A stretch of DNA of 64,000 bases from Phoronis australis (GCA_002633005.1 NMRA01000038.1:1008624-1072623); one strand, 5' to 3'; positions 25,938 to 37,114 are shown, numbered from the stretch's first letter. Notes: generated from the sequence alone by a model not told the origin. A program made the numbers and translations.

Positions 25938-27634
25938 CTGATCTCAGAAAACTAACTTTTCTCGTTGACAATATCACTTTATTTCTCCACCTATGTACTT
26001 TGTTTCTCTCTTTACTTGATGTCATATTAGATGTCATATTACTGAGCGGAACCTGGGCTTAGGTTGGGACATGAATCTTTTTCAATGGCTGATTTTGTCT
26101 TGTGCGTTTTTGTTTTGCATTTGTCAGAAAAATCAAACTAGTCCTGAAATAATGTGAGTTCAGACGGAAATTTGTTCTTAACGCCCGCTTCACAGTCCTC
26201 GAAATTTTTTGTCAAAAAATAATGAGTGCATCACAGTCTGGAAATAATTAATGGACATTACTTCAATAACTTGCTTTTATTTGTATATTTTAAAGTTTTA
26301 GGCTTTTGAAACTCAATTATTTTTTAGAAATAGTTGTTTGGAGCGCGTGACCTAATTTCTCAAGTCACTTCTCATGAAACACACTGCTGGTTGTCTAAGA
26401 TTGTACTATGTTCGAGGTACTGATAAGCCCTTTCAATTTGTTTTACAAGTTTGATATGACACATTCCTGGAGCTCTAGAAGTGGATGTTGCTATCTTCAA
26501 AGTGCCAAAGCAGCACTCATCTACTAGTACACTGAGTGCAGCGAATTCGCAAAATGGCCAAGACATCATGTGCAGTACAATTCAAACGAAATCAAACAAC
26601 ACACCATTTCAGTCATGACGGCTAATTCTGTTAACAGTAAATGACTGGCAATAGCTATTTGGATGGCAAAATACTTATTACAAAATGGCTTAGTCACCTT
26701 ACTAAATTTTCTGTTAATTACCTCTCATTCTCAGTCACATGAGGGGAAAACTACGATGACAATGAATTCGACTTCCACCTAGCTGTTGCGATAGGGAATT
26801 CTGGGTCATTTTGTGTGAATACTTTTACCTCATACTGTGTACACCATGTAAGCACCTTTGATTTTGAATACTCATACTATGGCCATGGAATTGATCTAAC
26901 TTTTTAGGAGCAGTCAATTACAGAGCAGTCACTTACAGGGGTCATGGATGCTAAGAATATGCCAATCTGTATGGCTCAGGCAGGTTTTGTGGGCCTCAGA
27001 TTTAAAAAGATACTTTTATTGGATTTTGCTGTTTTGAACAAATGCGTGTTAATGTAAGTGAATAGGCTACCACCATATTGTTTGTCTCCATTATTGGAGA
27101 CATAGTTGCTTGTAGTGTGGTATAATGCTTTTGAGTTCCTATTGCATATAATCAATTGTATGTTTTAACAGAGAATCTGGCGATGTATGATAGTGTGGTG
27201 ATTGATTTTTATAAGGACACCAACCCAGTTTTGGCCTATTGATAGATCTTAAAAACAACAGTTCCCATTTAGTTCTCTGAAACAAAATGCTGTGTAATCC
27301 TGACAATCCTCAAATGTTTGGAGAAAATTTTGAAAATTCCTTGCAAAGTCTGCTAAAGGGCAAAGTGATCTACCCTTTAGGCAAGTTGTAGGCAAAGACC
27401 ACCCATCAAGAACCATAATATCCTAGCTGTGACAAAAATGTAACAGTATTTATTTGAAATCTTCTTTTATCACTCAGGTGGGGGCGCCAGTGGTGCGTAT
27501 TATTAGGAGGCAGAAGGAGGATTGGTTGAAAGCACCAAAACTGGGTTTAGTGTCCTTTTAAATAATTGCATATTGATGGTGATAGTGTGTTCTGTGGCCC
27601 TAGGTATGGAAGAGTGATAATACTAATAATGGTT

Positions 27635-27640
27635 TTTATT
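27635..27640 (-). terminator. Candidate MMP poly(A) signal AATAAA (alternatives at 27947-27952 and 28277-28282)
   Basis: tttatt on the + strand at the end of an AT-rich 3' UTR with several ATTTA pentamers. Confidence 0.5.
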
Positions 27641-28028
27641 GTTACAAAACATACAATAGTACAGTAGAGTAAAGTGAAATTATAAATAAAGATGTACAAA
27701 ATTGACTATAAATATACACAAATATTTACATTTTGACATAGTGGTATATAAACTAAATACACTATTTAAAATAAATACTGCTTTCTTGTAAAAAAGACTG
27801 TGTTAAGTTAGTAAATTAAAATAATTTGTGTTGGTTTTAAGTTACGTTTGACATATGTACCAAATAAGGTAGTAAAGATACATTCAATTTAAAAAAGATT
27901 ATGCTGATTGTTGAACAGCATGGAATTATTTTTTTACTTTTTAACATTTATTGTTCGAAACAAGTCCCTGATTGTCGCCTGACCATTGATATGACTCTGG
28001 TCTTTTGCCGCGTGTGTCCCACGTGACG

Positions 28029-28137
28029 TTATTTGGGCACGTATCTGCCGCCCGTACCACATCCCATCCAAGGTCCTGCTTTGACTTTGGGATAATTGGC
28101 TTCGACCCTTCGAGTTCTGTCGTCGACTTTGTAGTAT
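28029..28137 (-). CDS. MMP terminal exon 11b (distal alternative, paralogous to 11a)
   Basis: ttgtttgatctgtag|A+YYKVDDRTRRVEANYPKVKAGPWMGCGTGGRYVPK*; same phase as 11a, intact, own stop codon; gives a 502 aa isoform. Confidence 0.85.
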
Positions 28138-28277
28138 CTACAGATCAAACAAGCGAAGTTACAGGTGCTTCCTTGTATTTTGTGTTAGAACACGGACAGT
28201 CATCAGAGTTGCGAGAGAAGAGGAAAGGCTGATAGGAGTTAGAGCGCTGTGAAAGTTCAGAGTTTCATGGTGACAGT

Positions 28278-28377
28278 TTATTTAGGCACCTTTGGGCCAC
28301 ATCCCATCCAAGCAGGCGCAGTCGCCTTAGGATAGCCCGCCTCCGTGCGTCGATAGTAGTCGCTGAATTTTCGGTAA
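28278..28377 (-). CDS. MMP terminal exon 11a (proximal alternative)
   Basis: ttttattacag|T+YRKFSDYYRRTEAGYPKATAPAWMGCGPKVPK*; phase fits exon 10; WxGC closes the hemopexin disulfide; spliced CDS is 1500 nt (499 aa). Confidence 0.88.
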
Positions 28378-29309
28378 CTGTAATAAAACGTAGCGCAGTG
28401 AAAGCTAGTAGAAAAAGGTTGCGTTGCTCTAATCTAAGGATAGTGATCGTTAGCGTGTTAAAAATCACCGAAACCGAGTGAGTCACGAATGCAGAAAGAG
28501 TTAAGCGGCTATAAACCAGCGTTCCACTCCAGGAAGCGCAAGACCACTTCCCATTATGAAATTTGTCTCAATTTGCTCCTTTCTCAGATAAGAAATGATT
28601 TCTGAGTTTACAAAGAAGTGACCATTCGGCATTCGCTGCGACCATGCGCTGCTCACATACAGTGACTAGCCATTACAAGTCAACGTGTATGGCCTGATCT
28701 CGCGCAATAACGAACAGACACTTCTTACGGTGCCTTGAAATCATCTCCAGTTCGACTAAGGAGCAATTGTTGACCAGTTCGGTAACGTAAGTGGTCTAAA
28801 TTAAACAGTTCGTTTTTATGAATGGAGGATTATAGCCGCAAAGAGAACAGGGCATTGGGTTTAGTAAGATGTGAAAAATGAAAGGATATTCTTTAAATCA
28901 CAATAACTTGGTCAGTGGCAAATTTATTTGGTGAAGTCGCATGAAAATGGCGAACAGTGGCCTTTATCTAAACAAAAACTGTATTCGTCGCAGTGATAAA
29001 CTCAATTCATTGCACTGCATTTTACAAAATAGATTTCTGTTGCAATTAAACCATTGCTTTCGGAGACATAAAATGACACTTGTCGCTAGGATTATGGTGT
29101 ACCTTGAAACTTACGTTGAATGTGCAAACATTGAAGTGGAAGAATTATGATCGATGTTTCGGATGAATAATGACCACTCATCACCTATGACGTAGTTTAC
29201 GTCACCACACTGTTTGCAAGGTCATTTCTGCGGTTGAAGCTTTGTTCGCCATGTTTGTTTTTGCGATTATTCCATACCACACAATGTTTCATATAAAAGT
29301 TATGCTCAC

Positions 29310-29464
29310 TTTTTCCCCTTGAAGAAGTATGTTTTGGAATCGTATCTGGACCAGACTACACCTTCGATATTTTTTGGAATTCCTTGCCAATTAGACGACA
29401 CTGGCTTGGGATAACCCGGCCTGAGAGAAACTCTGGCTTCGTCAAACTCGTAGTACTTGTCACC
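29310..29464 (-). CDS. MMP exon 10: hemopexin blades 3-4
   Basis: ttttcag|GDKYYEFDEARVSLRPGYPKPVSSNWQGIPKNIEGVVWSRYDSKTYFFKGK+AA|gtgagc; 155 nt, ends in phase 2. Confidence 0.93.
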
Positions 29465-29641
29465 CTGAAAACAATGATAGTATGTGGTTTATTATCCAAT
29501 CTTGCAATGATTGACGCGCAACAAAATCCTGAACTGGTAAAACTAGCTTTTCAGCCAAAGGGTTCTTTTATCATCAAAACGTCAATAGACAAGCTGGCTG
29601 CATTTCATTAGCTACTGCTTTCGTGCCGTTGCAAAACTCAC

Positions 29642-29772
29642 CATAAACAGGTATATTCTCCCATCTCTCCAAGCAAGCGCAGCCTGTGGTTTCGTCGGGT
29701 AGTTGGGATCACGCATATATTTCGGATATCCAGTTACCAGTTTATATCCATCATACTTCCAAATCTTCCTAC
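29642..29772 (-). CDS. MMP exon 9: hemopexin blades 2-3
   Basis: GRKIWKYDGYKLVTGYPKYMRDPNYPTKPQAALAWRDGRIYLFM|gtgagt; 131 nt. Confidence 0.93.
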
Positions 29773-30198
29773 CTGTAAACAGGCATAAAAGCATAAATCG
29801 AGTTTTTGTACTCATTTCATGTAAATATATATATATATATATTTGCCATCTTGCGTTTTTCAAATATCAAATACAACTTTTCATTATGTTGGCTTTGAAA
29901 ATGAACTTTTTTCTAGGGTCTTGCGCAACCTTACTCGTATTGCCGCACTTTTAGGGCCATGGGCCTATATCGGAAATACTGCCTTTTTTGCGGCCTTTTT
30001 ACCCGAGGTGGTCGCATGTTGGCACATGCGCCTAAGTTTTGCATTTAAGCCCACGTAATGTCCCCACACATTAATTCAAAGACTGGCGCACCCGTTTTGA
30101 CTACTGCTGTGCCTCTTTATGACATTTTTACGTGTGCATTTGTATCTTCGGAGTTCCTTGGCGTATTTCCAAGAAATTTGGTAAATTGTTTTGTATTA

Positions 30199-30351
30199 CC
30201 GTATTGCCGCGTCTTTTGGCCCATAGGCCTATATCCGAAATAATGCGGCCGTTTTTCCCTAGTGATTCAAATATTGGCGCATGCGTCTAAGTTTCGCATA
30301 TAAGCGCAGTTCCGCACCGGCCCCCCTGTGCCTAATGGCGCAGCAATACGG
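30199..30351. mobile_element. TA-flanked MITE in MMP intron 8, with a degenerate partial duplicate at ~29932-30060
   Basis: TA|ccgtattgccgcg ... cgcagcaatacgg|TA; the upstream copy shares ggcctatatc(c)gaaata..gcggcc..gcacatgcgcctaagttt. Confidence 0.65.
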
Positions 30352-30649
30352 TAAACTTCGGGTTTCAGTCGAGTCTGAGGAGATTAGACTCTGTACCCAG
30401 GGCAGGCGAGCAGCAAGCTTTACTCGACCAATCCCACTGCCTGAAACTGAAAACTACTCTAATATACCACGGGACTAAGTCGAGTAGTTTGGTGGTTACA
30501 GTCTCAGACGATTTTTGAGCTGGGGCAACTTTTGTGCCGCATAACGAATGTAATATTAGGAACTGAGTTCTGACATAAATATCTGTTCCAATTGAATTCA
30601 CTTTAATCCAAATATTTTGAAGAACTTGAACTAAAATTTTGACACAAAC

Positions 30650-30823
30650 CTTTGAAGAAATAGGTGTATCTGGTCCTCCACGAGTAGACAGCTCCGCCGG
30701 TGTTTTTGGGCGCCCGGGGCCACAGATCCCTGATCATTCTCGGATAGCCCGGAGTCACGCCGTAGTATGGGTCTATCTGGAATACGTACTCTCTCCGGAA
30801 TGCGTAGTACTTATTGTCCCTGT
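30650..30823 (-). CDS. MMP exon 8: hemopexin blades 1-2
   Basis: NRDNKYYAFRREYVFQIDPYYGVTPGYPRMIRDLWPRAPKNTGGAVYSWRTRYTYFFKG; GYP and YFFKG hemopexin motifs; 174 nt. Confidence 0.93.
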
Positions 30824-31516
30824 CTGTAATAGGATCATGTCGTTTAAAAATACAGTTGCCGTCAAATTTTTGCTAATTTTACAGATCAAACGACCTTGAC
30901 CACTGACTGAGAAGATCGGTGAGCGTACGCTATATTTCGTGCCCTGACTACCCGCACCTCACCGCTTCGGTAAAAAGCATGTTTGATCTTTGCCAATTCA
31001 CAACTAAAAAGTGGTAGTTAGCCACCGGAGCAGTTTCAACGGCACTAGAATTTCGGACGTTTTATAGCCAATCCAAGCAAAGGATTAGAACACGATGTTG
31101 TTTTGTAAGTGTCAATACGAGTACACAGAATATGGTTTATAGCTGTTTTAACACTGAATTCAACCTTGTATGTCATATAGGCTGGATGTGACTAGAATTT
31201 AAACAACCTTAACTTGAAAATTCGTTATAAAGTTCTGTTTGTTTGGAAAAAAACGACTGAGCTGGTAGGCATATCCCAGATGAACGAGAAGCTGGGGAAA
31301 ATAGGGACATTATGAATTACCAACACCTACAGATTTTTGTCGTTTTACAGGTTCTTTGCCCCGATGTTTGCGTTATACATAAGCTTGTAAACTAAGAAAA
31401 CCGCCAGCTGAAATGATTGATTGTTGCGAAACCTGTAACCAACTCAAATTTGAAAACAAAGTATTTCTCAGTTATTTTTGGTTGCTGTCGTGAACCGTAT
31501 TTACTCGTGTACTTAC

Positions 31517-31663
31517 TGAAAATGATGTCGTCAAACTTTGTCTTGCATTTATTCGGCGCTCCCTTGGGTCCTGTCGGCGGCACCGTAGGGCGAGGTGTCG
31601 GCCGGGGCGGGCTTGTCGTCGTTGTCGTCGTTGGAGGTAGGGTAGCAGGTTTAGTGTTTGGCC
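31517..31663 (-). CDS. MMP exon 7: Thr/Pro-rich hinge and first hemopexin Cys
   Basis: GPNTKPATLPPTTTTTTSPPRPTPRPTVPPTGPKGAPNKCKTKFDDIIF; tag/gtaagt boundaries; 147 nt. Confidence 0.92.
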
Positions 31664-31745
31664 CTAGATGCCAATCCAGAAAATAATTATTGTTAAAGTT
31701 ATGGAAGAGTGCACATCATGTTAGCATCGAAAATCAAGGTGTATA

Positions 31746-31895
31746 CAATGGCGGATTTAGAGGGGGGCCAAGGCCCTACCTAAAATTTTCCAAGATTCCA
31801 TTGGGCAGTTCGGGAGTGCCAATGTCTGACAGACAAAATCCTGGCTAATACTCTGCCCTGGCACCCCCTAACTCAAAATCCTGGATTCGCCCATG
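31746..31895. mobile_element. MITE in MMP intron 6 (family of 18238-18395)
   Basis: caatggcggattt ... ggattcgcccatg termini, flanked by gtata on both sides. Confidence 0.7.
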
Positions 31896-32190
31896 GTATA
31901 GGGCATGCGGAATCCAGTGGATAAGATTTGATTTATGCCGTAAAGCTTCTGGCCTCCAATAGAGGTCGTTACTGCAGTGCGTCCTGCAAGAATATTCACC
32001 AGTTGGTAAGTCGACACCATTAGTGTATTGTCATGCTTAGACCCGATCAGATGCGGTATTTACTGGCAAAAGAAATGACATGACAATCTTGCAACATGGT
32101 GCATCACTGAAAACCTGCGTGTTGTTGACTAGACGGCTTCGCCACCTGGTGACTGGAATATTTTCGGTTACTATTATTAGGTTCACCTAC

Positions 32191-32436
32191 CATACAACGA
32201 TTGTATTCCACGAATATCGTCATCGTGTAGTTTCCAGCCTGGTGTGTACCCTTGGTAATATGGGGCCATCAACGCTCCTTCGACGTTAGAGTGACTGAGG
32301 CCAAGCGCGTGTCCAAACTCGTGGGCAGCCACGATCTCTAGGTTAGTTCCTTTGGGACTGTTTTCCGTCCAGCTTTCATCTTCGTCGAAATGTGTGTCTC
32401 CGTTTTCGGGATAGAACGCATGCGCAAGAACACCTC
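32191..32436 (-). CDS. MMP exon 6: zinc-binding active site
   Basis: [21 protein letters not shown]...[15 protein letters not shown]...ALMAPYY (Met-turn)...[11 protein letters not shown]; 246 nt. Confidence 0.97.
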
Positions 32437-33007
32437 CTGCAGTGAAAAGTGTTATCATGGATTAAGAAATTGAAAACTTTTTAAAGAATGTTTAATTTGT
32501 GGTGTTGTTAACCTGGATACCACAACTGATAAATCAAATTTCAGGAAAATGTGAATGAAATAAACAAAACTGACCACAACAATTTGTTTACCATTCTGTG
32601 GAGCATTCTTTGTGTGAGCGCAAATTTAAGGGATTTTCTGTACATATGAGAAACTCGCGCAAAAGTAAGATGGTACAAGACAGGACAATCACGCGCGTGA
32701 AGGGCGAGTGTTGGGGACTTTACTACCGTACTCTAGCGAAGTTGTGGCATTTTAACTGATTGGTCACTGAGCTTGGAATGTTAAATTAAGGATGACATTT
32801 ACTGTTTCCATAAGCGAACATTTCGCTTGTGTCTACGCCGGGAACGCCGCACAGAACTCGTGTGAAATATAATTGAAACATTTTCTAGTGTTATTAACAA
32901 AACCTAATATTTCCAATGTTGGTTTGCGTTCTAATTTCACTTCCACGTGCGACAGTTTTCTGACACGTCCACGATTTCGTCTATTTCCACGTAAGCTCCG
33001 TACATAC

Positions 33008-33150
33008 CTGGTCCATCAAAGCTATTTCCTGCACCGTCACCATGGTTACCACGCACGAACTTTATGTCAATGTCGGCTGATCCACCAGATTCTCTAAATT
33101 TCAGAGTTGACACATCCGACCATTTCTTTAAGGCATTATACATAATGCGC
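33008..33150 (-). CDS. MMP exon 5: catalytic domain
   Basis: RIMYNALKKWSDVSTLKFRESGGSADIDIKFVRGNHGDGAGNSFDGP; ADIxIxF and HGD..FDGP motifs; 143 nt. Confidence 0.95.
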
Positions 33151-33456
33151 CTAAATGGACAAACGAATTTTAGTGTAGCAGTGTGTTAGAACTAGTCTTA
33201 ACTACGAGATGCTTTTTACGCTTTCTGGTGTTCTGTTGTTCAGAGTTATCAAAGAATAAAAAGGTTTCTTTAAAGCAAGAAAACCGCTTGCACAATCATC
33301 CCTTTCTATAAAAACTTACGGTGGCTAAAGAAGAAGGGAGCGGTCCCTCAGGCTCCATCCCAGGTGGCGACCGGGGACGGAGCGGCTCAAACTTTTGTGT
33401 AATAGTTGATAGAATGACCGCCACTTTCGTATTAACTTGACTATGAAAACTCTTAC

Positions 33457-33532
33457 CTTTGCGAGCCGTACGGAAGATCAGGTGTATAGTTGTTTAAGTG
33501 CCAAGTAAGATCTTTTTTACTCCATTTGAAAC
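33457..33532 (-). CDS. MMP exon 4: start of catalytic domain
   Basis: ttccag|GFKWSKKDLTWHLNNYTPDLPYGSQ(R)|gtaaga; KWxxxxLT...YTPDL motif; 76 nt. Confidence 0.92.
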
Positions 33533-33709
33533 CTGGAAATGAAAGGGTATTTTAATGATACTTGTATAACTATAACTTGGATTCGTCTGTTATTTTATAC
33601 GACGACTTTGGGAAGTTTGACGGAGAAAATCGGAAGTATTTTGCAGCTTTTTGCAGGCCGCGGTAATTATTAACAATCAATGTGGATGAACATGAACCTT
33701 AGTGCTAAC

Positions 33710-33864
33710 CTGGGGCATAATAGGCGGCGGGTCTGTTGGGAAAGTTAGCTTCCTTTCCCGTTATATCGACGTCAGGCAGCCCACACCTTGGCCGGCGCAT
33801 CACGTCTCGTGTTCTCCGGTCCATCCTCCCCGTCACAGGTAAATTCATCATCTGCTGGAAGTTC
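33710..33864 (-). CDS. MMP exon 3: prodomain with cysteine switch
   Basis: NFQQMMNLPVTGRMDRRTRDVMRRPRCGLPDVD...YYAP; PRCGxPD cysteine switch; ag/gt boundaries, 155 nt, phases fit. Confidence 0.95.
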
Positions 33865-34013
33865 CTGGTCAAATTGAAAAGCGGGGATAAGAAGAGTCCA
33901 TCTCGTTCGTACACACAGTTGCTGTTGGCATTTAAGTTGCGAATGACAACATTTTCCAGAATACTGTTCGACTACTGCAGGCGAAAAAACATAAAGTCAT
34001 CATTTCCTTGGCC

Positions 34014-34159
34014 GTGGCGTGCGTTCCGTAGACGGGAGAATCTCGCGAGAATGCAAGATCACGCAAAACGTCGCGAGATATCACCATGTATTACAAACGA
34101 AGCACGTGATCACACGAGCTTACTTCGCGAATTTCTTGCGTCTACGGAACTCAGCCCTG
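34014..34159. mobile_element. Harbinger-like MITE in MMP intron 2
   Basis: TIR gcgttccgtagacgggagaatctcgcga / tcgcgaatttcttgcgtctacggaactc; inverted homologue at 35939-36090. Confidence 0.65.
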
Positions 34160-35563
34160 AACTCACTCCTTTGTGAGGGTAAAGTATTTTATTTTTCACT
34201 CTTCATTTTCGAGGCGCCTTCGTTTTTGTTGCAAAAACATAACATTTTAACATTTGAATTTATTCTTTTGTCAGATTGGAAACAGAATGTTTCGTGTTGC
34301 TCACATAATTAACGATATGTTGCGCGAGAGGAAACAAACTCATTTTAATTTACGCCCAATCAAATCTCATTTCTTGATTTATTCATTCAGGTAAGTCCAA
34401 AGGAATGCCTGACAACAAGAAAGCTAAATTTATTCGTGTAAACAGGCCCCACGTTTTGCATACAGAATATTTCGTTGACAGTCATGCCCGGACATGCAGA
34501 GAAATTGTTGTGTAATACATTTGTCTTGGTAATACATAGCTAAATGATGTGGTTGGAACTCAAATGAAACAATACGATCGTCTGTTATTCCAAATCTGAG
34601 CGTCGTGAATTGCGGAAATTCCGTCAGGGTACGACAACATTCTTTTCGTGTCACCTGTCATTTCAGCGAAAGGTTTTCGAGTGAGTCACGTTACCTATAT
34701 CTAACGTGTCCAAACCTGTTTTCACAAAGCAACAGGAGTCCGATAACTTTGAGGAAATTCCAAAAATAACGAAATGAACCCTATCTGCAATTTCAGGTCG
34801 TTTTATAACCAACTAGGCGTGCTCACAGCAACAACACGTAAAATCTACAGGTGCCGGGGACTCCCAATATACCATCCATCATCAGAAAGCGCCGATGAAC
34901 GATTTTTCGGTAATGAAGGAACGCCAACAAAAAAGTGACTGGTGATGCTAAGAAAATTTCTTTGATGCCTATCATTGTTAGTATTAAACATTAAAACATG
35001 TAATCTAAAAACCACCTAGTTCATTTGTGACAAGGCAGTGATGCTCCAAAATAATAAGTGTTAATGAATGCTTTATGCAGACATAAAATGAATTACCAAC
35101 ACATACTCAGTGCTCTATTATTGCGTCATTTAAAAATATCATAATGCGTCAACAGGACAACAAAATCAAATTTTTGAGTAGCACATCAAAACAACGCACA
35201 GGTAACGGAATCGGAATCCCCGGTATTTTTGCGAAAGTTTTCTGGGTTGACCATGAAAATAATGCTGTACGTTGGTTTTTCTTTGTATGTTACGATGAAG
35301 TCAAGCTTTATTTTTTAGCTCTTTTTGTAACTGTGAACACCTGTTTACTAGTGTATAGAAAATAGTGGCAAACATTTCAGGAAAATGTAGTTAACAACAG
35401 GAATAGTGAATTTATTCCGAGTCGATTCACCCATAGACACGTTCTGAATATAACCCCGGTTTCATTTCACGTAAATGACCTCTGGTTTTATTAAACAAAA
35501 TCAAAGCTTTCAAATATCTGAAAGAATAATTCACATGTTTAAGTTCTAGTTTCTATGAAAACT

Positions 35564-35890
35564 GTAAAGCCGATATAAAGGTTGATTTTTAATTTACGGC
35601 CAAAAAGTTTAATTTTAGTATTATCGTTGGATATTATACACTTCTTTAAGTTATTAGCTTTGACCAGAGCCATTAAACGACACAGTCCATTGTGTTTCTT
35701 TCATTTTATAACAAATCGCCAATTCTCACGGTTTTGATTTCTGCCGGAGACTATACCAGTTAAATACGCTTAAAATACTCCGCCCGTTTTAGAGTGCCAA
35801 TTATCTCCTCCAGTAGGGCGTTTGGCGACTGCGATTGCAGGTTCGATTCCTTGTTGAGGCGGATCACAGAAAATCGTTTTTCTCCTTTAA
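35564..35890 (+). mobile_element. Kolobok-like non-autonomous element
   Basis: Homologous to 25150-25390; right end tttttctcct|ttaa; left boundary approximate. Confidence 0.55.
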
Positions 35891-35938
35891 GCAAGGCAAG
35901 CAGAAAAAGCGAAGCAAAGTATCACTATTTTAAACTTC

Positions 35939-36090
35939 CTGGGCTGCATTCTAGAGACGCAAAAAAATCACGCAAAAAGTTAGTGTGGTCACGTTCTTCA
36001 CTCGAAATGCACAGCCATATCATATCTCGCGAAGATTTGCGTGATCTTACTTTTCGCGAGTTTCTTGCGTTTTCTGAGCGATGCCAAGGA
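35939..36090. mobile_element. MITE, inverted copy of 34014-34159
   Basis: ggctg..ttc..agacgcaa...atatctcgcga...ttgcgtgatctt..tt(t)cgcgag is collinear with the reverse complement of 34014-34159. Confidence 0.6.
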
Positions 36091-36546
36091 GGCTCAACAT
36101 AGCGTTATTTTGCTTCGCTACTTCCACTTGGCTTGTTTACATATTGCAAAAAATCTGCGACTTTGGTAAAGATCCCTTACGAGTGTAAATTTCATCTCGC
36201 GCCCTCGTTATTTGAATCGCCATCAACCTAAAGTGAGCTACGCCGTTTTTTTAAACATAGCCACTACTTCACAATGTGGTCAATTTAATTGGATGAACTG
36301 TACAAAAGCAAAAATCTCATTTCCTCAATTTTTGCCAACAGGACTTGGGCTACCGCAACGACCGCATTATTTGTGAGTTTTGTGCTTAGTTAAATTGTGT
36401 AACTTCCTTTTTATAAAGCGGACACTAGAGTTGTTTGACACCACTCAACTGTGTGTGTGTCCGGTCAATGGTTTCGCTGCTACAAACACCGTGCTTAACT
36501 TTTAGCTAATGCCGTTGAACGCCAAGGTTAAGTTGTCTTAGCTCAG

Positions 36547-36699
36547 GGACCTGTTTCAATAAAATGTCGTAAGTTGACGGCATTTTTTCACAGTGTCTAA
36601 ATGAAGATCGACAACTACACGCATATTTTGGCGCACGTCATCGTTTCGTCTTTGTGTAAAAAAGAGCGTAAAGTTATGACATTTTAATGAAACAAGGCC
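36547..36699. mobile_element. Harbinger-like MITE
   Basis: 29-bp TIRs ggacctgtttcaataaaatgtcgtaagtt / rc ggccttgtttcattaaaatgtcataactt (24/29); CAG flanks on both sides. Confidence 0.75.
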
Positions 36700-37025
36700 C
36701 AGTTGATTTCGATACCTCCGGGAAATTTTCCGCGGTATCTTCAGAACAAACTAGCTATAAGAAATACTCATTGATGTCAAAATTATAACGATGTTTATTT
36801 GATTTTCAAAAAGTCCATACTATTCAGACGTATGACTTTTTGAAAGCTTGTTGTCATGAACAGCGCAAACCACATTACCGTATTTCGGATATTCATCCTA
36901 TCTGTTTATTACATGGCATTCTACAACTCTACAAGTGACACTAATGTAGCCTGAAATATAGTATCACAAATGCTTTTCGTCTACTTCTCCAGGCCACAAC
37001 ATATGACAAGTGAAAGTTTAGTTAC

Positions 37026-37114
37026 CTGATGGCGGTTTGACGTGAGGCCGCGTCCCAAACTTGTCCTGTTTTGGGGTCCATGGGAGGGAGGTAGCCAAAC
37101 CGGACTAAATATTT
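37026..37114 (-). CDS. MMP exon 2: prodomain
   Basis: ttttcttccag|KYLVRFGYLPPMDPKTGQVWDAASRQTAI(R)|gtaac; YLxxFGYL is the MMP prodomain motif; 89 nt. Confidence 0.92.

Noticed and set aside
31417-31686. Plus-strand Val/Gly-rich ORF
   Set aside because: It is the antisense reading of the Thr/Pro hinge exon of the MMP.
33736-34176. 146-aa plus-strand ORF
   Set aside because: It is the antisense shadow of MMP exon 3 running into a MITE; no recognisable domain.
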